A DNA stretch of 64,000 nucleotides from an uncultured Nitrospira sp. (GTDB lineage: Bacteria; Nitrospirota; Nitrospiria; Nitrospirales; UBA8639): the NCBI RefSeq assembly GCF_902500695.1, contig NZ_CABVRQ010000005.1, positions 14,390 through 78,389 on the forward strand. The letters are read 5' to 3'. Position 1 is the stretch's first letter. Every line of letters starts with the position of its first letter. This document shows positions 50,224 through 59,882 of this stretch, one piece after another. The position numbers and the translations under genes are program-made. The notes under the pieces were generated by a model, which was not told where the DNA came from, did not search any database, and worked only from the letters and a program-made list of their open reading frames with translations.

Positions 50224-50571
50224 GTGTCTGATTTAGTGGCCAAAGCCGATGCAACTAACTGGGATGGGGAAGTGCTGAAATCTTCAGAGGTGGTGATGGT
50301 GGATTTCTGGGCAGTCTGGTGTGGACCCTGTCAAATGGTGGCCCCAATCGTCGATGAGCTCGCACAGGAATATCAAGGCAAGCTTAAAGTCATGAAGCTC
50401 AACACCGATGATGCCCCAGAAGTTGCGGGACAATATCAAATCATGAGTATCCCCAGTATTCTCTTTTTCAAGGGTGGTCAAGTTGTCGAAAAAATTGTTG
50501 GTGCAAGACCAAAGCAACAATTTAAACAAATCATTGACTCGCTCCTGGCTCAATCCACTTCCCCTGCCTGA
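50224..50571 (+). CDS. trxA: thioredoxin
   Basis: 115 aa with a GTG start. VDFWAVWCGPCQMVAP active site and the MSIPSILFFKGG block. Confidence 0.95.
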   Translation: MSDLVAKADATNWDGEVLKSSEVVMVDFWAVWCGPCQMVAPIVDELAQEYQGKLKVMKLNTDDAPEVAGQYQIMSIPSILFFKGGQVVEKIVGARPKQQFKQIIDSLLAQSTSPA

Positions 50572-50596
50572 TCAGCAGGGCTGATGACTCGGTGTT

Positions 50597-52327
50597 ATGC
50601 TGACCGAGCTGCGTATTTCCAACTTTGCCCTCATCGATCAACTCCATCTGGAACTCCCCCCTGGGTTTCTTGTTTTGACGGGGGAGACCGGAGCTGGAAA
50701 GTCTCTTCTCATTGATGCTCTGGTGCTACTCACCGGCGGACGAGCCTCTGCTGAGCATATTCGTTTTGGTGCTGACGAAGCCCTGCTAGAAGCCTGTTTT
50801 ATTATCTCCCCCACTCACCCTCTTACGATCAGGTTACAACGGGACGGATACCTCCTACCCGATCAACAGGACCTTATCGTTCGTCGGATGTTGTCGCGGT
50901 CCGGAAAGAACCGCAATTTCCTCAATGGACAACTCGCTTCCCTTCAGACGATTCAAGACATCGGTCCGCAGTTGGTAGATATCCATGGTCAACATGACCA
51001 GCAATCACTGCTATCCCCTAAGACCCAGCTCAAAATGCTAGATGCGTTTGGTAATCTTGAGGATGTCGTAGATCGCTATCAGCAGATGCACCGGGAATGG
51101 TTCGAGAAAAAGGCGGCTCTGGATGAATACGTGGTGAGGCTACGGGATCAAGCCAATAGGCAGGACATCCTTCAATATCAATATGACGAGTTGGTCAAGA
51201 TGCAGTTGCAGTCTGGAGAAGAAGAGACGCTCAGCCAGGAATACCATCGGCTGAAACATAGCGGTCGATTAGGAGAGTTATCGAATCAAGCCTTTACTGC
51301 GTTACATGAAGGAGAGCGATCGGTTCTGGATCACTTGGGTGAAGTGACGGAGTGGGTACAAGAGCTTGCGAAAATAGATGCGCAAGGTGAACCATGGGTC
51401 CCATTGGTGGAAGCTGCGACGGTGGCGTTGCGTGAGGTGACTGATAACCTTCGGGATTATCGGACTCAGATAGAGTATGACCCGGAGCGAATGGATCGGA
51501 TTGATAGTCGGTTGGCCGGTCTTCAGCGGCTTAAAAAGAAATATGGAAAGCCGATCGAAGATTTAGTGGAGCTTACCCAAATCCTGAAGCAAGACTTGGC
51601 GTTACTCCAAAATGGAGAAGAGCAAGTGGCGCATTTGCAAGCAGAAGTGACCAGTCGATATGAATCGATGAAGGCCTTGGCTGAAGAATTGTCGGACCGG
51701 CGGAAAACCGTTGCGAAGCATTTGGTCAAGGAGATTAAGCGGGAATTAGCGGCTCTGAAAATGTCGACAATGGAGGTGGAAGGTAATATTGAAATGGCCA
51801 ATGGGGATAATCGATTTGGTTTGACAGGAATGGATCGTGTTGAGATCCTCCTGGCTCCCAATCCGGGAGAACCGCTCATGCCATTGGGCCGAATTGCATC
51901 GGGTGGAGAATTGTCTCGAATCATGTTGGCCTTAAAAACCGTGTTTGCGGAAAATGATCAGACTCCCGTCGTGATTTTCGATGAAATTGACAGTGGTATT
52001 GGTGGGGAAGCGGGAATGGTCATGGGGAGTCGTTTGCGTCAATTGGCTCAATTTCATCAGGTGTGTTGTATCACTCATCTCCCACAAATTGCCTCGCAGG
52101 CTCATGCACAGTTTGTGGTTGAGAAAACCACGCTAGATGACCGAACGCTGACGAAAGTACACGAAGTCACTGGAGTTCATCGGGAAACTGAAATTGCTCG
52201 CATGTTGGGTGGTGGCACGCTGACTCCAACCATCAGAAAAACCGCCGGTGAAATGCTGGATCGAGGAAGCAGCCCTCACGTGGGCGCCAGTCTCCAGAAG
52301 CCAAAAAAGAAGCCTGCCAAGACCTAA
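50597..52327 (+). CDS. recN: DNA repair protein RecN
   Basis: 576 aa. LTELRISNFALID..LTGETGAGKSLLIDAL Walker A, long coiled coil, SGGELSRIMLALK signature, and VIFDEIDSGIGG Walker B. Confidence 0.95.
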   Translation: MLTELRISNFALIDQLHLELPPGFLVLTGETGAGKSLLIDALVLLTGGRASAEHIRFGADEALLEACFIISPTHPLTIRLQRDGYLLPDQQDLIVRRMLSRSGKNRNFLNGQLASLQTIQDIGPQLVDIHGQHDQQSLLSPKTQLKMLDAFGNLEDVVDRYQQMHREWFEKKAALDEYVVRLRDQANRQDILQYQYDELVKMQLQSGEEETLSQEYHRLKHSGRLGELSNQAFTALHEGERSVLDHLGEVTEWVQELAKIDAQGEPWVPLVEAATVALREVTDNLRDYRTQIEYDPERMDRIDSRLAGLQRLKKKYGKPIEDLVELTQILKQDLALLQNGEEQVAHLQAEVTSRYESMKALAEELSDRRKTVAKHLVKEIKRELAALKMSTMEVEGNIEMANGDNRFGLTGMDRVEILLAPNPGEPLMPLGRIASGGELSRIMLALKTVFAENDQTPVVIFDEIDSGIGGEAGMVMGSRLRQLAQFHQVCCITHLPQIASQAHAQFVVEKTTLDDRTLTKVHEVTGVHRETEIARMLGGGTLTPTIRKTAGEMLDRGSSPHVGASLQKPKKKPAKT

Positions 52328-52828
52328 CTAATTTCGAATGAGCCGGTACATACAGGTAGCCATTTATGAACGGGTGGATAGCTTATTGTCTGCATTAGAG
52401 AGTTGTTAAAATCCGGCTTTCAAAAAACACCACCACAACCATTAGCTTTGAAGCTAACGCATAGTCCCAGCCAAAAAACCCGGTAACAAAATGGATGAAA
52501 AGTAATTCGTTGGGATGATGCAAGCGGTAAAAAGGTGAACAACATTCTCCACGATATCGACGGCGACGGTCCTCTCAGTATCGTGGACCTCGATCCGTTT
52601 AATCCGAAGATTCTGGTCTTCCATCAAGGCAAAGCGCGTTCCCTCGATGCCTTGGATGCAGGGTATGATGTACCGCAAAACGTTGGTCAGTGTGGGATGA
52701 TGCCGAAGTTATTGTTTTATCGTTTCGTGAAAATGTGGCGGAAGTCATGTTAAACTATGGTTAATTATGGCAGTGAAGAAAGGGATAGGCGTAAAGTTTG
52801 GAGAGTGGAGGAATGAAGGAGATTGCAT

Positions 52829-53569
52829 ATGCTCAATCCAACGGTAAATGACATTGATCAACTGTTGACCGACACGATTCAGACTCTCAAGCTTGAGGAG
52901 GTCACGCCTCAGTATTGGGAGCAGGGTGAGTTTTTAGTCTTAGAGCATTTCATGCCCACTCAGGTTGTTCAGGAGTTTATGCGGGAAGTCGAGCACGTGC
53001 GGCCTCAGATCAATCGAAACTTTATACCAGGGCATAAAAAGGGGGGAAGTGTCAGCTTTTATCTTCTGCAGCAATCTGCTCCCGCAATTCTTGCGTTCTA
53101 TCAGCATCAGGGATGGATCAACCTCCTGAGCCAGATTGCCGGAGTTCCGTTAATGCTGTGTCCTGAAGAGGATCCCCATTCCTGTGCGCTGTATTTTTAT
53201 ACCGAGGCGGGAGATCATATCGGGTATCATTATGACACCTCATATTACAAGGGCGAACGATTTACGGTATTACTGGGTTTGCAGGATCAATCCAGCAGTC
53301 GACTGGTCTGCCGTCTCCATACCAAGGAACAGGGTCGAGAGGTTAAAGAACTATCCCTCAGGACTGACCCCGGCACATATATTTTCTTTAATGGCGATAA
53401 ATTGCATCATGCCGTGACGCCGCTTGGGGCTGGGGAAGAGCGGATTGTGCTTACGCTTCAATACGTCACGAATCCGTCAATGGGGGTAGCCCAACGGTGG
53501 TTTTCGAATATGAAAGATGCGGTGGGATATTTTGGATGGTCGGCCATGTTTCGAAAACCTCACCGTTAA
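52829..53569 (+). CDS. probable 2-oxoglutarate/Fe(II)-dependent oxygenase superfamily protein
   Basis: ATG at 52829, 7 nt after AAGGAG. Candidate facial triad H-x-D ... H (GYHYD ... KLHHAVTP) followed by RIVLTLQY (a possible 2OG-binding Arg). The family assignment is tentative. Confidence 0.5.
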   Translation: MLNPTVNDIDQLLTDTIQTLKLEEVTPQYWEQGEFLVLEHFMPTQVVQEFMREVEHVRPQINRNFIPGHKKGGSVSFYLLQQSAPAILAFYQHQGWINLLSQIAGVPLMLCPEEDPHSCALYFYTEAGDHIGYHYDTSYYKGERFTVLLGLQDQSSSRLVCRLHTKEQGREVKELSLRTDPGTYIFFNGDKLHHAVTPLGAGEERIVLTLQYVTNPSMGVAQRWFSNMKDAVGYFGWSAMFRKPHR

Positions 53570-53590
53570 AGGTTGGTTCCATATTCTTCC

Positions 53591-54370
53591 TCAGCGCAAC
53601 CCAATTAACACCACCGTCGTATTATCTTCTCCACCTAATTGGTTGGCAGTCGCCACAAGTGTTCGACATATGGCTTCAGCGTGCGGAGCTTCCTGGCCGA
53701 CAATAGTTTGAATCTCCTGATCAGTCAGCATTTTGGTGAGCCCGTCTGAACAAAGCAGAATGAGATCTAAGGGTTCAAGCGGGTAGGTCTGAACGGTGGG
53801 TTGTGCCTCAGGATCGATTCCCAGGGCTTTGGTCAACACATGACGAAGAGGGTGTGTGCGAACCTGTTCAGGGGTGATGAGATTGAGGGCCAACCGCTCC
53901 TCCATGAGGGTATGATCTTTTGTCCAGAGCGAGAGCGAACCCTGTCTGAAGAGATAGGCCCGGCTGTCGCCCGCGTGAGCTACACTTGCCTGAAACCCTC
54001 TCGGGGAACGACTGATTGCCACCACGACAATGGTTGTCCCCATTCCCTTCAGTCGTTCATGTTCCGCAGCTTCTTGTCGAATACTTTCATTCGCGGACTC
54101 AAGGCCTTGATTCAGCAGCGATTCTAATTTCTCAGGTTGAACGTATACAGAGGTTTCAGTCGCGAGTTGGGTTCGAATGACATCGGGAATGGTTTTAACT
54201 GCAATTTGGCTGGCCAATTCTCCCCCGGCATGTCCACCCATTCCATCTGCCAATACCCATAGTTGTAGGGTGTTATCGATCGAAAAAGCGTCCTGGTTTA
54301 GTTTTCTAACCAGACCAATATCCGTCAGTCCTATGCCAGTCCACTTGTCAGATTGTTGCGCTGATGTCAT
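53591..54370 (-). CDS. PP2C-family Ser/Thr protein phosphatase
   Basis: 259 aa. NQDAF, LADGMGGHAGGELAS, LLCSDGL and GGEDNTTVVLI motifs. Confidence 0.9.
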   Translation of the reverse strand: MTSAQQSDKWTGIGLTDIGLVRKLNQDAFSIDNTLQLWVLADGMGGHAGGELASQIAVKTIPDVIRTQLATETSVYVQPEKLESLLNQGLESANESIRQEAAEHERLKGMGTTIVVVAISRSPRGFQASVAHAGDSRAYLFRQGSLSLWTKDHTLMEERLALNLITPEQVRTHPLRHVLTKALGIDPEAQPTVQTYPLEPLDLILLCSDGLTKMLTDQEIQTIVGQEAPHAEAICRTLVATANQLGGEDNTTVVLIGLR

Positions 54371-55140
54371 AGGGATGCAATGAATTCCGGGAGTCCCTGA
54401 CGTTGAGCCAGACGGTTGTAAATAAGGTCGGCCAAAGGCTCAAGATTTTTGCAATCTGCTTCGTTATATTGGATAAGCACTTCTCTAGAGTCCGCTTGTC
54501 CGAGTTGCCATTCTTCCCACAGACGGACTGCATCCCACCCCGTGAGTCCTTCAAGCGAAGTCGGGCGATAACAGCCTATTTCCGTCTCAATCGCCTTCAG
54601 TCCACCTTTTAATCCAAGGCGTCTGGCCGCAAAACACAAGTCGATATGGGGATGGTCAAGCATCAAGTCTGGATATTTGGCCTTCAAAAATGGCAGGTCA
54701 AAGCCTGAGCCAAAGAAGGTCACGAGAAGATCGTATGAGGCAAATTCGGCTTGCAAACGCTCCCCGGATAAATTTTCTCCCTGAATGAAGGTTGTCATGC
54801 GACCTCTTCCGTAAATGCCCACCACCGTAATCTCGCCATCGGGCAACGGGATTCCATTTGTCTCAATATCCAGAAACGCAGCCTGAGATCGAAAGTTAGG
54901 ATAAAGGCGCCAGTGGTCGCGTGCTTTCAAGATGTGGGTGAAGAAACGGGAATTCTGCACCTTCCACTGTTTTTGCGCTTCCAGAATGGTCTCATCGTAT
55001 TGCGCTTTACGAAACGAAGAAATGCGGGGAGCGATAGTTTTCTCGAGAAAAGCGTCCCATGTGCCAATCCCATCCTCCCACCAGAGGCGTTCGGTGGATT
55101 CTCCAATGCCAGATAAAAAAAGAAATGTGGATTGTAACAT
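54367..55140 (-). CDS. RNase H-like fold / predicted 3'-5' exonuclease domain protein (YprB/COG3359-like)
   Basis: 257 aa. FLDIETNG (DEDD-type first acidic motif), VTFFGSGFDLPFL and YNEADC. Its TGA stop overlaps the PP2C ATG (ATGA). Confidence 0.6.
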   Translation of the reverse strand: MLQSTFLFLSGIGESTERLWWEDGIGTWDAFLEKTIAPRISSFRKAQYDETILEAQKQWKVQNSRFFTHILKARDHWRLYPNFRSQAAFLDIETNGIPLPDGEITVVGIYGRGRMTTFIQGENLSGERLQAEFASYDLLVTFFGSGFDLPFLKAKYPDLMLDHPHIDLCFAARRLGLKGGLKAIETEIGCYRPTSLEGLTGWDAVRLWEEWQLGQADSREVLIQYNEADCKNLEPLADLIYNRLAQRQGLPEFIASL

Positions 55141-55250
55141 GAGTCTAAACAGGAAAAGAGCTTAATTCTAACCTTGATTTCATCAGGAGGACAAGCTACA
55201 TTCGAAGCAATCTTTAGATCGTGTTTCATTCGAAACCTAAGCGGGAATAT

Positions 55251-55646
55251 ATGGAATTCAGTCCACAGAAAATCAAAATGACCATCGGTGGGATACAGGT
55301 CATTGCACAACTGAAGCCGAATCGAACTGCTCAGGCTGTGGTGGATGCTCTCCCTGTTGAGGTGCCCGTGAATCAATGGGGAGAAGAGTTTTATTGCAAC
55401 ATGCCTGGGGTCAAAGATTATCGGGAGGTTGCCACCACACAGGTCAAAGTTGGAGATGTGGCTTTTTGGGGAATGGGGGGAATGTTGGCCGTCTTTTTTG
55501 GGCGTACTCCCATGAGTCTCGGCGATGATCCGGTTCCTGCTGATCGGGTGAATGTCATTGGAAAAGTGATAGGTGATCCGAGAGTGTTGATGGAGGCCAC
55601 AGGGGCGTCCCTTATGAAAGTGGAACGGCTCCCTGAAGGAACCTGA
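55251..55646 (+). CDS. cyclophilin-like fold protein (TM1367-type)
   Basis: ~131 aa from the ATG at 55251. IKMTIGGIQVIAQLKPNRTAQAVVDALP ... GDVAFWGMGGMLAVFFGRTP ... NVIGKVIGD resembles the small cyclophilin-like family. The start codon is uncertain (GTG at 55221 is possible). Confidence 0.55.
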   Translation: MEFSPQKIKMTIGGIQVIAQLKPNRTAQAVVDALPVEVPVNQWGEEFYCNMPGVKDYREVATTQVKVGDVAFWGMGGMLAVFFGRTPMSLGDDPVPADRVNVIGKVIGDPRVLMEATGASLMKVERLPEGT

Positions 55647-55927
55647 TGCGTCTCAATAAAGTTCGTGTGCATCAGATGGCCGTCTCAGTTATTGAACGAT
55701 TACAGTCAAGTGGATTGCTGGAAATTCAGGGAAAACCTGAAGTGGTCATTCAAAAATTGGAATCAGCCATTGTATCCGAGTTGCAGGTGGAAGATCGGTT
55801 GAATGCGGATGTTCGGGACATGTTGAAACAATTTGAACGAGAGTTTTCAGAAGGTCGAGCGGACTATCAGAAAATGTTTACGATGGTGAAACAAAAGCTC
55901 ATCAAAGAACGCGGGGTTATTTTATAG
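55646..55927 (+). CDS. DUF507 family protein
   Basis: 93 aa. The pattern SELQVEDRLNADVRDMLKQFEREFSEGRADYQKMFTMVKQKL is typical of DUF507 as I recall it, and the gene is paired with a second copy. Confidence 0.6.
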   Translation: MRLNKVRVHQMAVSVIERLQSSGLLEIQGKPEVVIQKLESAIVSELQVEDRLNADVRDMLKQFEREFSEGRADYQKMFTMVKQKLIKERGVIL

Positions 55928-55973
55928 GGCAGACAGAAGAATGTAATCTGAGGCCCGTACGACTGGATTGACG

Positions 55974-56261
55974 ATGAATACTCCCATCCTTAGCGACGAA
56001 AAACAGACACATCTTGCACATGTGATTTTGACCAATGTCGCAGGAATGTCCGAGGTGAAGATCATAGGCGATTCTGCTCACGCCCTTCGTGAAGTGAAGC
56101 GCGTGCTGGCCGAGCACATGAAAGCTGAGGAGGAACTGGTTCAAAAGGTTCGGAGTCGATTGCAATCTTATGCACGGCAGATTCCAGAAGGTTCTCAAGA
56201 GTGGGATGTCCTCTATCAAAAAACCTACCAGGAAGAATTACGTAAGCGGAACCTAAGCTGA
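55974..56261 (+). CDS. DUF507 family protein (second paralog)
   Basis: 95 aa from the ATG at 55974. LSDEKQTHLAHVIL...VKRVLAEHMKAEEELVQKVRSRLQSY, in the usual tandem DUF507 arrangement. Confidence 0.55.
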   Translation: MNTPILSDEKQTHLAHVILTNVAGMSEVKIIGDSAHALREVKRVLAEHMKAEEELVQKVRSRLQSYARQIPEGSQEWDVLYQKTYQEELRKRNLS

Positions 56262-56390
56262 AAAATTCCTCTTCCCCCCCCCTCCAGATTTTTTATGTTC
56301 TGTGAGTGTGCCTCAATCCTTTTTTAGCGCAGATTCTTATCTCTGGAACTCTCCCGAAGGCCAATGGTATGGTTTGGTAAGGGGATCTTG

Positions 56391-56630
56391 ATGAATAATC
56401 GTGAAAAGACCATGCATGCTCTTGGAGCCGCCACCCTCTCCATTTTACCGGGGATCGGTCATCTGTATTTGGGGGTCAAACGCGGGAATATTTTCCTTGT
56501 CTGTGGGATTCTTTTAATGATCATTTCCAAGCTTTTCTGGCCGACAGGGTGGTTATTTTACATGCAATTTGCCATTTTTGCTGGCTTCGATGCTTTTGCA
56601 TTTGGTAAGCGCGGGAGAGGATTGTTTTAA
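56391..56630 (+). CDS. small two-TM membrane protein
   Basis: 79 aa from the ATG at 56391 after AAGGGGA. Two hydrophobic segments (ATLSILPGIGHLYLG..IFLVCGILLMIISKLFW / LFYMQFAIFAGFDAFAF). Confidence 0.5.
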   Translation: MNNREKTMHALGAATLSILPGIGHLYLGVKRGNIFLVCGILLMIISKLFWPTGWLFYMQFAIFAGFDAFAFGKRGRGLF

Positions 56631-56658
56631 CATCTGCTAGGTATATGGAGACCGTAGA

Positions 56659-57525
56659 ATGAAGCAAGGCGATCGTCACTTGGTTATCTTTGTGATATTA
56701 AATTTGGCTTTGAGTCTTTTGGTGACCGTGACAGGTTTGAAGGTCTCGTTGGCTCAGGCGGCTAATTTATCAGTGACCGATTTACTCACATCTCCAGGAA
56801 AGCCCATTCAATTACAGGCACGCTTAACTAATTCTGAGGCAGAAGGGGAAATTGGTTTGCCGGATCAGCCCCTGGAATTTATTGTTCATGGCCGGACAGT
56901 GGGCCAGGCGAATACCGACGCGAAAGGGTGGGCTCGGATTGACTTTGCTCCCAGTATGCGGGGGAATTTACCAATCATTGTAAAAGTAGTGACGTCATCG
57001 AAAGTGGATGCCATCGAAGGAAAAGGGGTCCTCTTATCTTGGGAACGCCGCCGCCCCATATTGCTGATTGACCTGGCGGTGTTAGTGGAAGGGGAACTGG
57101 TCACGGATCAGCCTCCGCCTGAACTCTATGAGGATCCCGGGCTAATATTAGGAGATGCCCATCCCGCAGCTGCGGCAGAATTGGGCAAGCTAGCTGAATT
57201 TTATTACAACCTTGTCTATCTGGACTTGACCGGGCGAGGGCATCTTGAAGATATTCAGGATTGGCTGCGCGAACATCAATTTTCCCCAGGAATGATTAGA
57301 ATCCTTCCGAAGACGCCCACGGCATTGATCGATCTCATACACGATCTGAAAACAGAGGGTTGGGAAAAAGTAAGTGGTGGCATTGGGCGCACGGCAGATT
57401 TTGCGGAGGTTCTCGTTCAAAATCGCTTACAAACCGTGATTTTACCCCTACCACAGACAGAGGATCGGTTTCCACGCAGGGCCATTGTCCTCAATGATTG
57501 GTCACGTGTCCGACGGCATCTTTGA
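56659..57525 (+). CDS. secreted hypothetical protein
   Basis: 288 aa. Signal/anchor segment LVIFVILNLALSLLVTVTGLKVSLAQA. No family that I can name with confidence. Confidence 0.5.
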   Translation: MKQGDRHLVIFVILNLALSLLVTVTGLKVSLAQAANLSVTDLLTSPGKPIQLQARLTNSEAEGEIGLPDQPLEFIVHGRTVGQANTDAKGWARIDFAPSMRGNLPIIVKVVTSSKVDAIEGKGVLLSWERRRPILLIDLAVLVEGELVTDQPPPELYEDPGLILGDAHPAAAAELGKLAEFYYNLVYLDLTGRGHLEDIQDWLREHQFSPGMIRILPKTPTALIDLIHDLKTEGWEKVSGGIGRTADFAEVLVQNRLQTVILPLPQTEDRFPRRAIVLNDWSRVRRHL

Positions 57526-57637
57526 TGAAGACATTCAGCAAATTGCAGACGGACGAATGGTCCGACGATGAAGGTTTATATTTCGCCATGCCATATAATT
57601 TTCTGCTCATGTGATAAATAGTAGGGGAGATGTTTTG

Positions 57638-59017
57638 GTGAAGGCCGTACGACCTAAAACCCGTTTTGTGTGTCAGGAATGTGGACATCAAGGCGTCCGC
57701 TGGAGCGGACGGTGTCCTGAATGCGCGCAATGGAATTCCTTACGGGAGGAGGTTGATCGAGATCTTTCAACTCTCCAACAGCGAAGTGTCGCCGGGGGAA
57801 CACCAGAGGCTGTTCCCATCAGCTCCATCGTGCAGACACAGGAGTTTCGTCTTCAGGCTGGTATTGAGGAATTGAATCGAGTGCTTGGTGGGGGAGTGGT
57901 TCCAGGATCGGTGATCTTGATTGGAGGCGATCCTGGAATTGGTAAAACGACACTCCTGCTCCAAACCCTGGCCTCATTGGGAACGGCCAAACAGGTCGGG
58001 TTGTATGTATCGGGAGAAGAATCTCCTCAGCAAATTAAAATGCGGGCGGATCGCATAGGTATTCAATCGCCCAACCTGTATGTGGCTGCTGCGACATCCC
58101 TGGAAGAAATTTTCAAAGTGGCTGAGCAGGTGAATCCCGGTGTCATCGTCGTCGATTCTATTCAAACGGTCTTTACTCAGGAACTCACATCAGCGCCCGG
58201 TAGTGTCAGCCAGGTTCAGGAGGTTGGCTGTCGCCTGATGTGGTATGCCAAGCGGACGCATGTCCCTATCTTTATTATCGGGCATGTGACGAAGGAAGGC
58301 GTGATTGCCGGGCCAAGGCTACTGGAGCATATTGTCGATACGGTGTTGTATTTCGAAGGAGATAAAGGACAGAGCTATCGTATTCTTCGAGCGGTGAAAA
58401 ACCGGTTCGGGCCGACCAATGAAATCGGGGTCTTTGAAATGAAGGATGAGGGGCTGACCGAGGTTGGGAATCCATCAGAACTGTTTTTGACGGGGCGAAT
58501 CGGACATGGCGCCGGATCTGTTGTCGTGTCGAGCGTGGAAGGCTCTAGGCCTTTATTAGTGGAGTTGCAGGCACTGGTGGCGGAGACGACCTATCCTATG
58601 CCGAAACGTATGGCCAAAGGTGTAGAAGTGAATCGGGTGTCGTTGTTGTTGGCCGTTCTGGAAAAGCGACTCGGGTTGCACTTTGCCGGGTACGATGTGT
58701 ACGTGAATGTGGTGGGGGGGCTTCGGATCGATGAGCCAACGGTGGACGTGGGCATCGTCTGTGCTGTGCTTTCGAGCTTTCGAGAATTGGCCTTGGACCC
58801 AAGATTGGTTGTGATGGGAGAGGTCGGGTTAGGCGGAGAAGTCCGGCCGGTACAGCATGCGGACCTGCGTATTCGTGAGGCGATGAAATTGGGGTTTCAA
58901 CGTTGCGTGGTGCCTGAGCCGAATCTGAACCAATGGAAACCTGTGGCTGGCATGGAAGTCGTGGGGATTCGTGACATTGGCGACATTTGGGAAACGGTTG
59001 TCAGTCATGCCTCATAA
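57638..59017 (+). CDS. radA: DNA repair protein RadA/Sms
   Basis: GTG at 57638 after TAGGGGAGA. Zinc finger FVCQECGHQGVRWSGRCPECAQWNS, Walker A GGDPGIGKTTLLLQ, KNRFG, and a Lon-like C-terminal domain. Confidence 0.93.
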   Translation: MKAVRPKTRFVCQECGHQGVRWSGRCPECAQWNSLREEVDRDLSTLQQRSVAGGTPEAVPISSIVQTQEFRLQAGIEELNRVLGGGVVPGSVILIGGDPGIGKTTLLLQTLASLGTAKQVGLYVSGEESPQQIKMRADRIGIQSPNLYVAAATSLEEIFKVAEQVNPGVIVVDSIQTVFTQELTSAPGSVSQVQEVGCRLMWYAKRTHVPIFIIGHVTKEGVIAGPRLLEHIVDTVLYFEGDKGQSYRILRAVKNRFGPTNEIGVFEMKDEGLTEVGNPSELFLTGRIGHGAGSVVVSSVEGSRPLLVELQALVAETTYPMPKRMAKGVEVNRVSLLLAVLEKRLGLHFAGYDVYVNVVGGLRIDEPTVDVGIVCAVLSSFRELALDPRLVVMGEVGLGGEVRPVQHADLRIREAMKLGFQRCVVPEPNLNQWKPVAGMEVVGIRDIGDIWETVVSHAS

Positions 59018-59827
59018 ATGGCGCGTGCAGGCGGACTATTTACGATGAATGCTGCAAGTCGATGGGCTCTGTTGCCGGTGGTGTTGCTCGTCGGATGCGC
59101 CGGAATGTTACAAGAATCGTTACGACCGCTTGAAGACGGGCAAGAGCAGCAGGTACTTCAATCCTTGCGTCAAAAGGAGTTGACCATTCTCACTCTACGA
59201 GGATTATTTCACGGGTCAATTTCCGGTTCCGGCGTTCCTTTTTCCCAAAATATTCTTGGGACAGTTTCGTACGTGCGACCCGATGTCTTGGACTTGAAAG
59301 GCTTTATTCGAATGGGTGTGCCCGTGATGGATTTTCATCGCAAGGGGAACGAGTATGAACTGAATTTTCCCGCTGAAGGTAAGGTGGTCACCGGAAAAAT
59401 GGAGGAAACCCAGGAGCGTACAGCATGGGATCACACTGTGATGCTGAGTATTCGTGCCCTGGATGCCGTGTTGGGAAAGATTTCCGGGGGATCAAGTAAA
59501 GAAGCCCGCGTGTGGAAAAGTAACGAACGTTACCGCATCGATCTGCCTCAAAACCCATCCTCAGCCACGGCATCTCCAGACGATTTTACCGTCAGGACCT
59601 GGGTGGATGCCCAGACCATGGACCTGATATCGATTGAATATCGACGCTCGTTTGATGATATCGTCGTATCCGTGGAATGTGAAGATTATCGAGAGGTGCC
59701 AGTTACCACTGCCGAAGAGAGCTCACCGGTTCGATTGCCGTTTCTGGTTCGGGCGACAGACTATCGACCCAGCGGAGGATCCATTACCCTGCATTTCAAG
59801 GAATTTATCGTCAATGCGGCCTCCTAG
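59018..59827 (+). CDS. hypothetical lipoprotein (possibly LolA/LolB-like fold)
   Basis: 269 aa. Its ATG immediately follows the radA TAA. Lipobox VLLVGCAG. The fold assignment is speculative. Confidence 0.45.
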   Translation: MARAGGLFTMNAASRWALLPVVLLVGCAGMLQESLRPLEDGQEQQVLQSLRQKELTILTLRGLFHGSISGSGVPFSQNILGTVSYVRPDVLDLKGFIRMGVPVMDFHRKGNEYELNFPAEGKVVTGKMEETQERTAWDHTVMLSIRALDAVLGKISGGSSKEARVWKSNERYRIDLPQNPSSATASPDDFTVRTWVDAQTMDLISIEYRRSFDDIVVSVECEDYREVPVTTAEESSPVRLPFLVRATDYRPSGGSITLHFKEFIVNAAS

Positions 59828-59882
59828 TTGTCCTTATGCGTCAAGCCACCACTAATCAGCATGTTGGGAGTCAAGAACCTCT

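Noticed and set aside
52454-52753. Mutually antisense ORFs (52454-52678 on the minus strand, 52535-52753 on the plus strand) in the recN-oxygenase gap. The minus ORF has a faint ..ENVVHLF.. resemblance to Y1 (IS200/RAYT) transposase HUH regions.
   Set aside because: There is no convincing RBS, the start is TTG or GTG, and the ORFs are short. The resemblance is only a few residues, so it is not supportable without a profile search.
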